From positions 32,001-96,000 of IMG/VR virus record IMGVR_UViG_3300021964_000024: 64,000 nt of DNA. One strand, written 5' to 3'. Source of the DNA: a virus. The notes beneath the pieces are model-generated. The model had not been told where the DNA came from. It saw nothing but the letters and a program-made list of their open reading frames with translations, and did no database searches. This document shows, in pieces, positions 18,911 to 29,036 of this stretch (its first letter is position 1; each line of letters opens with the position of its first letter). The position numbers and the translations under genes are program-made.

Positions 18911-19736
18911 ATTCTATTGCTCGTTTTTTACTTGAACCTAACATCTCAGATAGGTTGTTCATCCAGTAATATATATTACGTGGGTTATCCTCTTCTGCGT
19001 CAGTCTTAACGCAGTGTGGTGTATGGTAATTAGTAATACCCTCAGTACTCAAAATCACCATCGGTGTTTGAAAGTTACGGGCAATGTAATGCCACATACC
19101 ATCATAACACACTACTTGTCTACACGTTGATATGTGATAGAACGCTTCTGATATAGGTGTTCTATATGTCAGTTCAACGGTATATAATCCTGCCTGACGC
19201 ATTAAGCTTATTATATCATCCCATTGCTCATGTGTCAAGACCCTTTTCCAAGTTCTTGGTTGTTCTGCATTGAAGGTAGGTCTCCAGACTACTACCTTTC
19301 TTTTGTCTATTACTCTAGGGACATCTCGAAAGATCCAGTCGGGGAATGGTGCGTTACCACCCTCTCTATCGTCGTATACCCCTGACTGAAAAAAGAATCT
19401 ATTTTTATGACCACGATTGATTGCTGCTATACGTAAGGTTCCATCATCTTCTCTTACGAAGTCATCTGCAAATTTCCAATCACTGTATCGTGTAGTTTGT
19501 CCATATACATGCCTCACCTGAACATCATCTTTTCTATAATAGAAATTGTGCATGTACTCCAATCGTTCTATGATTGTTTCCGGATCTTCGAAGTGGTGTA
19601 GGTGATGCTCGTCGTGTTCCCAGTGAAACTCCAGTACTACTTTCTTCTTGTATTCATAACAATAGTTATGGACACAGTTAAGTGCCCACATGAAGTCACC
19701 TACACCAGGCGTACCTCTCCAAGTTACATATTCCAT
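18873..19736 (-). CDS. GT-B glycosyltransferase (GT9-like)
   Basis: N-terminal GVGD; C-terminal YDGMWHYIA..QTPMVIL resembles the GT9 DSG.MH.A...P.V.L motif. Confidence 0.5.
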   Translation of the reverse strand: MEYVTWRGTPGVGDFMWALNCVHNYCYEYKKKVVLEFHWEHDEHHLHHFEDPETIIERLEYMHNFYYRKDDVQVRHVYGQTTRYSDWKFADDFVREDDGTLRIAAINRGHKNRFFFQSGVYDDREGGNAPFPDWIFRDVPRVIDKRKVVVWRPTFNAEQPRTWKRVLTHEQWDDIISLMRQAGLYTVELTYRTPISEAFYHISTCRQVVCYDGMWHYIARNFQTPMVILSTEGITNYHTPHCVKTDAEEDNPRNIYYWMNNLSEMLGSSKKRAIEYEQRCRQFYQDR

Positions 19737-19744
19737 TCATCACC

Positions 19745-20215
19745 TTATACACTGGTTATCAACACTACGGTTCCTCCGATAATAAACGCAGAAATTACCA
19801 CCGCCGCCAGTATTGCAATACCATCTTCAAATGCCGCTTTACGATCCGCAGCTTCTTTTGCCGCTTGGATCCTCCGTTGACGTATCACACGTCTCTCTTT
19901 CATCATCTCATCGTAGAAGTCTGATTGTCCGGTATAGATTAAGAAATCCTTGAGTTCCTGTTCCATTTGTGCAATTTTACGTCGAGCAGCAGTCACTTGT
20001 AGTGCTTCTGCTTCGACACTGTTACCGGCAAACAACTTCTTTACTCTTGAGTGTGTTGCACCTTTTATCGCTTCCTCAGATATCTGCTCTTTTGCGTCAA
20101 AGAATCGGGCGAAATAGTTATATAGGTCTTCTGCTTCTCGACCTGACTCTACCGCCCTTTTAATCATGTTAAATGCAGATCCGGCAAGCGACAATGCCGC
20201 TCCGATCTCTACCAT
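19745..20215 (-). CDS. membrane-anchored coiled-coil protein
   Basis: C-terminal TM helix. Confidence 0.6.
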   Translation of the reverse strand: MVEIGAALSLAGSAFNMIKRAVESGREAEDLYNYFARFFDAKEQISEEAIKGATHSRVKKLFAGNSVEAEALQVTAARRKIAQMEQELKDFLIYTGQSDFYDEMMKERRVIRQRRIQAAKEAADRKAAFEDGIAILAAVVISAFIIGGTVVLITSV

Positions 20216-20225
20216 GATTATTTAC

Positions 20226-20555
20226 CTACTTTTTACCTGACCATGCTTGAGCACCAAAGAACGCTGCTACGATACCTGCAACTGCAATGAAGTAAACTCC
20301 TGCCATGTCACCCAGTATGTCTGCCGCTTTCTCTAGACCTGTTAAATTTGCACTCACCACGAGTACGGGATACAATAACATACCCCACAGCGAGAACCAT
20401 GCCATGGAACGCTGTGCGTCACGCATTGCATCTGCGTCTTCGAGTTCTTTACGTTTAAACTCCAAGTACATCGCCTCTTCTTCTTTAGAGACTTTACCGT
20501 CTCCGTTTGTGTCAGCAGGGTGGTGTCCCGCTGCCTTGATCTCTTCTTCTGACAT
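20226..20555 (-). CDS. 2-TM membrane protein with DxNxDG loop (holin candidate)
   Basis: DTNGDGKVS; two hydrophobic segments; basic C-terminus. Confidence 0.5.
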   Translation of the reverse strand: MSEEEIKAAGHHPADTNGDGKVSKEEEAMYLEFKRKELEDADAMRDAQRSMAWFSLWGMLLYPVLVVSANLTGLEKAADILGDMAGVYFIAVAGIVAAFFGAQAWSGKK

Positions 20556-20584
20556 ATTGAATATCCTTTGTAATTTTGATTATA

Positions 20585-21106
20585 CTATTCATTATGTAAA
20601 AGACTGCCTGACATATTCAAATTGAATCCTATAACAATTTTGTGTCCTTGGCAGTTTGGCCCTCTGTGTGGTAACATTGATGGAAAAACCACCAAGTCAC
20701 CTATGTGCAAAACCATGTCTACAAACCCCATCAACTGTGTTGAGTTCTCTGGTAACCCATGAACTTGTAACACTGCAGACAAATTCGTTCCCTCATGTGT
20801 ATGCCACTCAAAGTTGTTCCCCTCGTTGTACTCGGCAAACCACATACTTTCAACCTTAATCCTAGAACATTGCCATTGGTTAGCATAGTTCGTAAGGGCA
20901 GGTTGTATTAATTTAATAGCCTCATCCCAATACGGTGGTCTATAATTAATACCTTCCTTCCATGGAAGTTTGTAATCAGAGAATTGCATGTTCGCAAATG
21001 AACAATCATGCTCTGACTTCACCTTCGTCATTTCCTTCGTCAGATGTTCCTTGAATGCAAAGAACTCTCTTGGTGGAAATGTATAACGTTTAATAAACTG
21101 ATTCAA
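20585..21106 (-). CDS. 2OG-Fe(II) oxygenase-like protein
   Basis: MWF..Y..G....HTH, GDLVVFPSMLPH, IVIGFN. Confidence 0.75.
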   Translation of the reverse strand: MNQFIKRYTFPPREFFAFKEHLTKEMTKVKSEHDCSFANMQFSDYKLPWKEGINYRPPYWDEAIKLIQPALTNYANQWQCSRIKVESMWFAEYNEGNNFEWHTHEGTNLSAVLQVHGLPENSTQLMGFVDMVLHIGDLVVFPSMLPHRGPNCQGHKIVIGFNLNMSGSLLHNE

Positions 21107-22590
21107 AATACTTTAACACCGTATTTATTTTCAAACAATTCAGCATCATGTTCGTCGTTGACCATAGGTCTTCCACGAATGTTCAAACTGGTATTTAGTA
21201 ACATCGGAACCCCTGTACGTTCGTAGTATTCCTCAATTACCTTCCTAAAGACCGATTCACAGTCCTGACGGACTATTTGTACTCGTGCAGTTCCATCTAC
21301 GTGAGTAACCGAATCATAGTCATGAAGTGCCTTTGACGTGTACTGCATGTACTCGTTCATTGGCCCCTCGAAGTATTTATACGCATATTCTTCTAGAACT
21401 GCAGGTGCAAAGGGACGATATTTTTGTCTGCGTTTGATCTCATTCACAGTGTCCTGTACATCATAACGTACATCTGCGATCAGAGATCTATTACCCAGTG
21501 CACGTGGCCCAAACTCTGCCTTACCGTTCGCTATACCACATACCCTATGTTCTAAGAGGTGATCAACTACTTCTCTTGGATTGATCTCTCGTTCAATGTT
21601 GTAACCCATGTAAGGTGTCCAAATCAACTGATCTTGATCGGTCAACCTTGACCAAGACAGTGCGGCAGCACCCAGAGAAGATCCTGCGTCTGTAGGTGAG
21701 ATTGCAATGTGAACGTCTTCGAACAATTCGAAGAGTCTTGAATTGATAACAACATTTTGTGCACATCCACCAGAGTAGACCAGTTTCTTACCATAAAGTG
21801 ATGCGGTTCTCATGATCTGCATGATGGCATATTCTGCGAACTTTTGTACCCCTGCCGCAAAGTCTTCTTTACTGTATTTCGTAACGAAGACTTTTAACAT
21901 GGAACGAAGGTTCTCATACTCCGGATTACCTTTATCGGGAAAGTCGATTTTCTGCTTCTTTTCAATACGAGGATTAATGTCACCTGTATGTTCCCACCAG
22001 TTGACTAGTTTTGACCAGATCTCTTCGGGTGCTTGACCATAGGAAGCAAGTCCCATAGTCACGTATTCGTCTTCTAGTGGACGTAAACCTAACAGACGTG
22101 TTGCGGTAGTGTACACCAACCCTACTGACTTAGGGTAGTGATATTCTTTGATGAGGTTGAAATTGTTGTCGTAGATAGTTGCGGTTTGGAATTCACCTAC
22201 ACCATCGATAGACACCATGACAGTCGTATCACGGTCTTTCCATGGACGGGTAAAGAATGCGGATGCACAATGACTCTTATGATGTTCATAATTGGCATCA
22301 TAATAGATACTATCATAGACAGGGATCTGTTCGTGTGCGGTAATAGAATTCCCTGTGTGTAGGGGATTCTTAGTTTGATCCTTTCTATAGGTCTTCTTCC
22401 ACTCTACGTTTTCGTAGAATGAGAAGTGATCATCATTAGTAGTATAATCCCAGAGATTTTCTGGAATCACCGGATCATTTTTCTTCTTAGTAAATCTCTC
22501 TGCATGAGAGGCAAACTCTATCGTACCGTCCGAATTGACAATAGATAAAGCTGCATCGTGATAGTATTCACTAAACCCAACGTACCTCAT
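21103..22590 (-). CDS. carbamoyltransferase (NodU/CmcH/TobZ family)
   Basis: HDAA, EHHKSH, DGVGE, SGGCAQN, EFGPRALGNRS, RPFAP, HVDGTARVQ, LLNTSLN. Confidence 0.92.
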   Translation of the reverse strand: MRYVGFSEYYHDAALSIVNSDGTIEFASHAERFTKKKNDPVIPENLWDYTTNDDHFSFYENVEWKKTYRKDQTKNPLHTGNSITAHEQIPVYDSIYYDANYEHHKSHCASAFFTRPWKDRDTTVMVSIDGVGEFQTATIYDNNFNLIKEYHYPKSVGLVYTTATRLLGLRPLEDEYVTMGLASYGQAPEEIWSKLVNWWEHTGDINPRIEKKQKIDFPDKGNPEYENLRSMLKVFVTKYSKEDFAAGVQKFAEYAIMQIMRTASLYGKKLVYSGGCAQNVVINSRLFELFEDVHIAISPTDAGSSLGAAALSWSRLTDQDQLIWTPYMGYNIEREINPREVVDHLLEHRVCGIANGKAEFGPRALGNRSLIADVRYDVQDTVNEIKRRQKYRPFAPAVLEEYAYKYFEGPMNEYMQYTSKALHDYDSVTHVDGTARVQIVRQDCESVFRKVIEEYYERTGVPMLLNTSLNIRGRPMVNDEHDAELFENKYGVKVF

Positions 22591-22619
22591 AAAAAACTCC
22601 ACTTAGTTAGCGAAGTTAT

Positions 22620-23195
22620 TTATCCAGTAATTATCTCGTAGAGTTCTTTCCAGTTCTTGACTCTAGGGATACCGTGATCTCCTGTATTGAAGTCGTGTGC
22701 AATCAAGTGTGAATTGAGACCCAAGTTCTTACCAACTGTTGCGTTCTCAACTTTATCTTCGATCCAGTAACAACCCGTACCTTCGTACTCTTTGAGGATC
22801 TCATCCTTGTCTGCACCAGTATCTAGGTACACATATCTCTCGAACGCAGTCTTACCGAATAACTCAGTAAGGTTCTTGCATCTTAGATACTGTGCGTACT
22901 GGTCATTACTAAGACTGGTGATTGCGTGAAACACGTAACCATGTTCCTCATGAAGTTTTTTAATATACTTCATTGCGTCTCTGAGAGGTGGTATCTTTCT
23001 GATCCACGCACTCTCGTTGAACAATCTTACTAGTCTTTTTGCATAGGGTCTCTCTAACCCGTACTGGTCTGCGACATCATAGACAGTATCATCTACAATC
23101 TCGAAACCTTGTCTGTGCATCCACCCTCTCCAAGAGTGTTGCCAGTCTAGGACTACACCATCGCAGTCCGTAAGTATTACTTTTTCTTTCATCAT
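22620..23195 (-). CDS. HAD-family 5'(3')-deoxyribonucleotidase (T4 30.2-like)
   Basis: ILTDCDGV, WIEDK, RVKNW. Confidence 0.8.
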   Translation of the reverse strand: MMKEKVILTDCDGVVLDWQHSWRGWMHRQGFEIVDDTVYDVADQYGLERPYAKRLVRLFNESAWIRKIPPLRDAMKYIKKLHEEHGYVFHAITSLSNDQYAQYLRCKNLTELFGKTAFERYVYLDTGADKDEILKEYEGTGCYWIEDKVENATVGKNLGLNSHLIAHDFNTGDHGIPRVKNWKELYEIITG

Positions 23196-23404
23196 ATAGG
23201 TAATTCCATTTGTTTAGTATAACCTGCAATGGTGTCAGAGATGTTCTTCAGAACAATCTCTTTCTGTGCATCCCCTGCAAGTGCCCAATCTAGTTGGGTC
23301 TTCAAAACTCCATAACAGTACGCATAGTTCTTCGTACCGTTACCTTCCAACGAATGAGTCTTTGACTCTTCTTCAATTATTTCAAAATACTGATCTAAGC
23401 ACAT
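23192..23404 (-). CDS. hypothetical early protein
   Basis: ORF in early cassette. Confidence 0.5.
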   Translation of the reverse strand: MCLDQYFEIIEEESKTHSLEGNGTKNYAYCYGVLKTQLDWALAGDAQKEIVLKNISDTIAGYTKQMELPI

Positions 23405-23781
23405 AACGTCAATCCTGCATCAAGTTTCTCTGCAATCTCTATGATTGCTTTGGTGTGTTCCTCTCTGTAAGCAACCCATTCATGGTACTGACCAATCGGG
23501 TATTTTGCAGGAGGGGTTATTCCAGTAACATCGTTACTAGTCTCAAACTCTTCATAGTTTGAATACGGGTAGATGGCAAAGGTATCTGCCTTATCCTTGT
23601 GAACAAAGTCTTTAGGTCTGTCGTAACCAACCTTACTGTTTCCTCTGTACCTGACAGTGAACAATCTAGTCCTCATTAGTTCTTGGACTTTAGGGTGGTT
23701 TCTGTATTCCATTGGAATACCCTTGTAGAGACCTGACTCATAGTCGGGACATCTATAATCTTCTAATATCAAATTTTTCAT
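23395..23781 (-). CDS. hypothetical early protein
   Basis: First gene after repeated promoter; GAGG SD. Confidence 0.6.
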   Translation of the reverse strand: MKNLILEDYRCPDYESGLYKGIPMEYRNHPKVQELMRTRLFTVRYRGNSKVGYDRPKDFVHKDKADTFAIYPYSNYEEFETSNDVTGITPPAKYPIGQYHEWVAYREEHTKAIIEIAEKLDAGLTLCA

Positions 23782-23786
23782 AATTA

Positions 23787-23880
23787 ACCTCACTTTTCTC
23801 AATTACATGTTAAGTATACATGTTTTTGAAACAAGTGTCAAGGGTTTTTTGAAAAAAAGTATATATTTTTTATATATAAT
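23787..23880 (-). promoter_or_regulatory. repeated early promoter cassette (TTGACA 23836-23841, TATACT 23813-23818)
   Basis: 17-bp spacer; leader GTAATTGAGAAAAGTGAGG identical to the copy at 31.3 kb. Confidence 0.85.
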
Positions 23881-23884
23881 TTGA

Positions 23885-24709
23885 CTAAGCAAGTATCTTA
23901 AATTTACCTTCTTTGGCATGGCGTAACATATCGATTTTCCAACCACCACCAGTGTAGTGACACATCTTTGCCTTCTCAAAGAACTCATCTTCAGTGGCAT
24001 AATGGGGGGAGTCGTTCCATGTCTGATCCAGTGCTTCGGTGTTTAGATCGAAGTCGTGTTTGATCAACTGTCCAGATATGTACGGTTGATCATTCATCAC
24101 CGACATATGGAACTCTGGTTTTGCGTAGAACCATTCTGTCCAGTCCATGAATACCTCACGTGCACGTAGACGTGCCTCACGTGTCCATACGACAATACCT
24201 GTATTCAGGACAGTTAACTTAGATGGTCTACTAGGTGGTAGTGATGGGACAATAGGAATGTCGTGCATAGAGAACTTTGCAACAAAGTCTTGATATGTCT
24301 TTTCCTTGTAGTCCCAAGAGTTATACCCACCACCATTCGATGTGACGATATCACTCTCAAGTACACCAAAGACATCTCCGTCTTCACACAGATCAAAGAT
24401 GTTCTCTTCGGTGTTTACTACAATGTCGGTATCGGCAAATAACACCTTGTCATACTGGTCAAACATAGGATCATAGATAACCCTCAAACACTCAAACAAA
24501 AGAGCGTTTGCATGGTCATGTCCTGCAGTGTACACTTGCTCATCTGAGTAGAAGTACTCTGCATCAATAATATCAGCATACTCTAGAAAGGAACGTCGAG
24601 ATAAATCTGCTACCTCACGATAGACTTGACTTCTCTGTCTTCCCTCAATCTCTCCCCTTTCGTCTACATTAGGGTTGAGTACCATGTATTGAAATATCGC
24701 ATTTCTCAT
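23885..24709 (-). CDS. glycosyltransferase (GT-A)
   Basis: VLFADTDI, LNTGIVV, NDQPYI, WN, CHY. Confidence 0.8.
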   Translation of the reverse strand: MRNAIFQYMVLNPNVDERGEIEGRQRSQVYREVADLSRRSFLEYADIIDAEYFYSDEQVYTAGHDHANALLFECLRVIYDPMFDQYDKVLFADTDIVVNTEENIFDLCEDGDVFGVLESDIVTSNGGGYNSWDYKEKTYQDFVAKFSMHDIPIVPSLPPSRPSKLTVLNTGIVVWTREARLRAREVFMDWTEWFYAKPEFHMSVMNDQPYISGQLIKHDFDLNTEALDQTWNDSPHYATEDEFFEKAKMCHYTGGGWKIDMLRHAKEGKFKILA

Positions 24710-24839
24710 TGACAATCCTTTTATCACGGGATCTATTGTAATCAGATCCTCTCATTTTATACCCAGAATCAAACTTGGTTCGATTCTTATGACTGTTACG
24801 TTTCTTGTTTCTTGAATCGTGACGGGTGTATTTCGCCAT
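24669..24839 (-). CDS. small basic protein (56 aa; not in ORF track)
   Basis: MAKYTRHDSRNKKRNSHK... Confidence 0.45.
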   Translation of the reverse strand: MAKYTRHDSRNKKRNSHKNRTKFDSGYKMRGSDYNRSRDKRIVNEKCDISIHGTQP

Positions 24840-24850
24840 ATATTTAGACG

Positions 24851-25300
24851 TTAACTAACGTTCTCCAATCTAACCATTAACCGTTCTGCACGGTTAGTTA
24901 CCTGCCTGTGCCAGCGTGAATCACGTCCTTCCACGGCAGCCCTTTTCCAGTCACCCTCTTCGAGAGCGGCACGGAAATTCTTGAAACCACCCAGACGGGT
25001 GCGTCCCATGTTAAACATCATGTTGACCAATACCTGCTGGACTTCATCGGGCCATCCTTCAAACATTGAATCTCCGAATAAAGCATTGCACTCTGATATT
25101 GCAAGGTCAAGGTCGAGTTCGAAACACTCTCTGACTCTATCTTCTGATACGGGCGTTCCAACTGGTTCTCCGTGTTCAGGATCCGATTCAAGCACCAAGT
25201 GCCCGACTCCGAAAGTTTCATATCCAAGATGATCTTTGTATACTTCATATACAACCCCCTCATCTATCTTGAGTTGTTCAAATACTGCTTCTCTGTTCAT
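24851..25300 (-). CDS. T4-type lysozyme / endolysin (GH24)
   Basis: DEG....YKDHLGYETFGVGHL, NMMFNMG, DSRW..QV..RA. Confidence 0.92.
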   Translation of the reverse strand: MNREAVFEQLKIDEGVVYEVYKDHLGYETFGVGHLVLESDPEHGEPVGTPVSEDRVRECFELDLDLAISECNALFGDSMFEGWPDEVQQVLVNMMFNMGRTRLGGFKNFRAALEEGDWKRAAVEGRDSRWHRQVTNRAERLMVRLENVS

Positions 25301-25302
25301 TT

Positions 25303-27012
25303 TTATATTTTCCTATAATTGAGTTTTTGTTTCTTGTATTTAGCAATTATGCTACCGTAAGTAGATACGTCCGAATGATTTAGTACAGGTGGGTCGCCTG
25401 AGTATACACGATTCAAATCGTATCCTAGTTGACTGTACCAACCCATATGCCAACCACTCTGACTCTCTGGTTTCTTTCTTAGTTTGATCCTGTCAGAAGT
25501 AAACTCTGCACACCAAGTAATCATGTCAACTTCGTCATAGTCTTTACTAGGATGAACCCATACTTGTTGGAAAGTCTTGTCTTGACGATCTTTTGAGTCC
25601 TCTTCGAATAGTTTTTTCTTAGCTTTATCACTTATGTTGTCTACCAGTGATTGTATGTCAACATTGTCTGGTAAGACTCCATGTTTTCTCCACACGAAAT
25701 CATAGAATCCTATGGTTGCCCGATCAATTATATTTTTTGATCTGAAACTATATCCCCACTTTTTAGGATTCGATTCTATCTCTGATACAGCGTCAATCCC
25801 ATCGTGACCTACATGCTGTGATATGTATAACGAATGTATAGTTACCTGATTCTTCCAATATCTATTCAACCAATCTGCAGTGTTATCCAAAGTCTCAAAC
25901 GTCTCGTGAGGTAATCCTGCTATCATTGACAGGGTTCCGTTATAGTGGTTGCCTGGCAACTTGTTCTTACGGAAGTATTCCTCTCCTTGTAGAAGACCTT
26001 CTTGTATGATCAGAGGCGACATACCTTTCCGTATTGATTTAGCAGAAGCGTGATTGAAAGACTCAAGACCCATTGAATGACTTGTGAATCCCATGGTGAT
26101 CATGTTGTCCCAGTCTTCTCTGGATCGTTTTACAAACAAGTCTCCTCGAATGAATCCATGAAACTGTGGTTGAAAGTCTAGTCGTTTAGTTGCGTTTGCA
26201 AACTTCTCAATTTTTTCTGATCTATCGTTGCATGTCTCATCTGCCAATAGGTAACGAGTTACTCCCCACTTGTCATAGTTCTCCCTGAGTTCTTCTTCGA
26301 AGTCTTCCGCATCTCTTGTGTGATCACCCTTGACTCCCAGTGGAGCGTAGTCGCAGAACGAACATTTAAACATACACCCTCTTGACAGTTCTGTGGTCAA
26401 CACTTCATTCGATCTTATAAAGTCCCTCTCTTCGTATGAAGTCTTTGCCTTCCTATGCGGATAGGCAGGATAGTCTCTAAAACAGTCAATGATTGTATAC
26501 TCACGATGCAGTGATCCATCTATTGATTGAAAAGGATTGAACACCCTTTTTACTTTAGGTTCAGGTGCATCACCTGCAAGATAATCGCACAGTGCAACAA
26601 TCCCATGTTCACCATTACCGATACAATAGTAGTCAACGTTTCTGTGTCGTATCACATTGACCAGTTTGTTAGCACCCACCACGGTCTTGATGTGGGGATA
26701 CTTGTTCTTAATATAAGACAGGATCTCGTTTTGTTTCTGAACGATTTCACCTTCACCATGTATTGAGTACGTAAAGAAAGTGCTAAACCCGATCCATTTG
26801 GTGTGACTACTCACTCGACTGTCTACAAAGTCTTTGAGTTCTTGCACACCCCATGCACTGAAGAAGTCTAAGACTTCTACGTCCCAGTCTCTTGTCTTCC
26901 TTATATGAGATGCAATTCTGTGAGCACCATGACCACGAACCGCAACTTCTATTCCAGTGTATCCAACTGGATACATCACATCTGCTCCAGTTAGGATAAG
27001 AGCATGATTCAT
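25303..27012 (-). CDS. B12-binding-domain-like radical SAM protein
   Basis: ELSRGCMFKCSFC, ADET, MGLES, IAGLPHET; N-terminal Rossmann-like domain. Confidence 0.85.
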   Translation of the reverse strand: MNHALILTGADVMYPVGYTGIEVAVRGHGAHRIASHIRKTRDWDVEVLDFFSAWGVQELKDFVDSRVSSHTKWIGFSTFFTYSIHGEGEIVQKQNEILSYIKNKYPHIKTVVGANKLVNVIRHRNVDYYCIGNGEHGIVALCDYLAGDAPEPKVKRVFNPFQSIDGSLHREYTIIDCFRDYPAYPHRKAKTSYEERDFIRSNEVLTTELSRGCMFKCSFCDYAPLGVKGDHTRDAEDFEEELRENYDKWGVTRYLLADETCNDRSEKIEKFANATKRLDFQPQFHGFIRGDLFVKRSREDWDNMITMGFTSHSMGLESFNHASAKSIRKGMSPLIIQEGLLQGEEYFRKNKLPGNHYNGTLSMIAGLPHETFETLDNTADWLNRYWKNQVTIHSLYISQHVGHDGIDAVSEIESNPKKWGYSFRSKNIIDRATIGFYDFVWRKHGVLPDNVDIQSLVDNISDKAKKKLFEEDSKDRQDKTFQQVWVHPSKDYDEVDMITWCAEFTSDRIKLRKKPESQSGWHMGWYSQLGYDLNRVYSGDPPVLNHSDVSTYGSIIAKYKKQKLNYRKI

Positions 27013-28124
27013 TTTAGTTGAAACATCTTTATTTCGTTGTACTTGGTTCTACCCACAGTCTTCCAAGAAGGGTAGGGTTCTATGCACTCTACTTCTTTAA
27101 AACAATCTACTTTGTCCCATCCAGTTTTTGCCCAGAAATTTTCCATAGCAGGAAACGATGCAATAAGATATCCATTAGGTTTCAGACTCTTTACAATTGC
27201 AGGTACACATTCAGCGGTCAACAAACCAAATGCAAATACACCACACATGAAAATTACATCATAGGTCTTAGGTAGTTCACTATAACATATGTCGTGTTGA
27301 GTCACACTCTTATAGAACGGACGTGATTGATTACACATGGTTTCGGAGATGTCATACGCATCCCAAGGTGCAACACCATCCGGATAAAGTTCTTTTGCAA
27401 GTAGACCACTACCCTGTCCTATCTCAGCAACATCAAGTTCGTCAAGGTTGAGATCCAACCTGTTAACCAACTCTGCCATCTTTACATGACTGGCACTGTA
27501 GAATTGTTTGACGTTCTGTTCGTAGGATCCCCAGTTATCATAGAGAGATTGAATCTTCTCCATCTGAGGATGGATGTTCGCCTTCGCCTTTTTCTCCATG
27601 TAGGTTTCTTTTGGTAAGGATTGAATTGGAATGTGATTAGAATTTTCTCCGTGCATATTCCAATTGAATCCTATGATAATTTTTCTACCCGTAACAACAG
27701 GTGATCTGTGGGGTAACATAGAAGGGAACAGTACCACACTACCTACTGGCAACTGAAGACCACTACCAAATATCTGAGTCGCTTCTTCGGGTCTATTCAG
27801 ATCAACCGTAATCACTCCAGTTAAATTTGCACCTGTGTGAGTATGTGATGGATAGTCACCACCCTCATTATATGCATGGAACCACATAGATTCGATATTG
27901 TAATTCTCGCATCCCCAAGTCCTACAGTAGTCTTTCAGTATAGGGTGGATCCTTTTCTTAACAAGCTTATAGTAAGGTTTTCTTTCTGGACGAAACTGAG
28001 ACGGAGAGTCGCTGATATCGTAATCAGATTGTGCAGGCCAGTTACTACTAATAGTAACCGTATCTAAAAACTCTTCTCTAAACTCATCGAAGTTCTTTAA
28101 GTGGAATACCTGTATATAATTCAT
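27009..28124 (-). CDS. 2OG-Fe(II) oxygenase - class I SAM methyltransferase fusion
   Basis: N-half HTH...LFPSMLPHR; C-half VAEIGQGSG, YDIS, YDVI, LKPNG. Confidence 0.75.
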   Translation of the reverse strand: MNYIQVFHLKNFDEFREEFLDTVTISSNWPAQSDYDISDSPSQFRPERKPYYKLVKKRIHPILKDYCRTWGCENYNIESMWFHAYNEGGDYPSHTHTGANLTGVITVDLNRPEEATQIFGSGLQLPVGSVVLFPSMLPHRSPVVTGRKIIIGFNWNMHGENSNHIPIQSLPKETYMEKKAKANIHPQMEKIQSLYDNWGSYEQNVKQFYSASHVKMAELVNRLDLNLDELDVAEIGQGSGLLAKELYPDGVAPWDAYDISETMCNQSRPFYKSVTQHDICYSELPKTYDVIFMCGVFAFGLLTAECVPAIVKSLKPNGYLIASFPAMENFWAKTGWDKVDCFKEVECIEPYPSWKTVGRTKYNEIKMFQLK

Positions 28125-28795
28125 CTCATCATTTCTTTGGTCATGATATAGTCACGTACAAAGTCAGACCTCACAATGTCTGCCCAAGTGAATTCTACCA
28201 TCGTAAATTTTTTCATCAATTCTAATATCGCAGTAAACTGATTTACTCCTGCTTTATCCTGCGTCTTAGTAAAGTCAGACTGGTAGTAATCACCACAGAA
28301 GATGATTCTACAATTATGTCCAACACGAGTAATTATACTATCTAGTTCGTGGAATGTCAAGTTCTGCATCTCATCTACGATGATGATTGAGTCACTGATC
28401 GTCGTTCCTCGAATGTGTGATGTGGATATGAAATCAATCACTCCGCACTTCGATAGTTTCTCGTATGCACCACGGTCTTCAAACAACTCAGTACATATCT
28501 GTCGATATGGCCCCGTGTATGCATCTATCTTTTCTTCGAGTGTGCCTGGCAGAAAACCGATCTCTCGTGTAGGTACGATGGATCTGACAATGGTAACGTT
28601 CTCGAAAGTATTGCCCTTGTCAAGGGTATCTTCTAGTGCAAGGTACATTGCAAGAAAGGTCTTACCTGATCCTGCAGTACCAGACATAACTATATGGTTA
28701 CCTTCGTCCCATGCTTTGAAAACAACTTCCTGAGACATAGTAAGAGGTTCAATCGTCCGGAGATGATCGATCTTTAAAATCTGTGGTTTGGTCAT
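28121..28795 (-). CDS. phoH: PhoH-family ATPase
   Basis: GTAGSGKT, IGFLPG, IRGTT, IVDEMQN, TRVG, GD..QSD, DIVRS. Confidence 0.95.
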   Translation of the reverse strand: MTKPQILKIDHLRTIEPLTMSQEVVFKAWDEGNHIVMSGTAGSGKTFLAMYLALEDTLDKGNTFENVTIVRSIVPTREIGFLPGTLEEKIDAYTGPYRQICTELFEDRGAYEKLSKCGVIDFISTSHIRGTTISDSIIIVDEMQNLTFHELDSIITRVGHNCRIIFCGDYYQSDFTKTQDKAGVNQFTAILELMKKFTMVEFTWADIVRSDFVRDYIMTKEMMR

Positions 28796-28799
28796 TTGA

Positions 28800-29036
28800 T
28801 TAGGTCTTAATCGTATTCCCTCTACCGGATCCTTTTTTGATTCGGTTAAGGTGGTCTTTCCATCCGTCACCTGCCGTACTCAATGCGGATTTACCGGCAG
28901 ACACAAGAGCAGGGGTGCTCATAAAGTGTCGGGTTAAATGTGGGTTATCCTTTAAGAAGTTATCGTAGTCTGCGATCTTTACATTCACTTCTATAACTTC
29001 ATCGGTCTCTTTGTTTTTAAAATCATAAATCGGCAT
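28800..29036 (-). CDS. FmdB-like small protein
   Basis: MPIYDFKN..T.E, NPHL, GWKDHL; typical phoH neighbour in marine T4-like phages. Confidence 0.6.
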   Translation of the reverse strand: MPIYDFKNKETDEVIEVNVKIADYDNFLKDNPHLTRHFMSTPALVSAGKSALSTAGDGWKDHLNRIKKGSGRGNTIKT

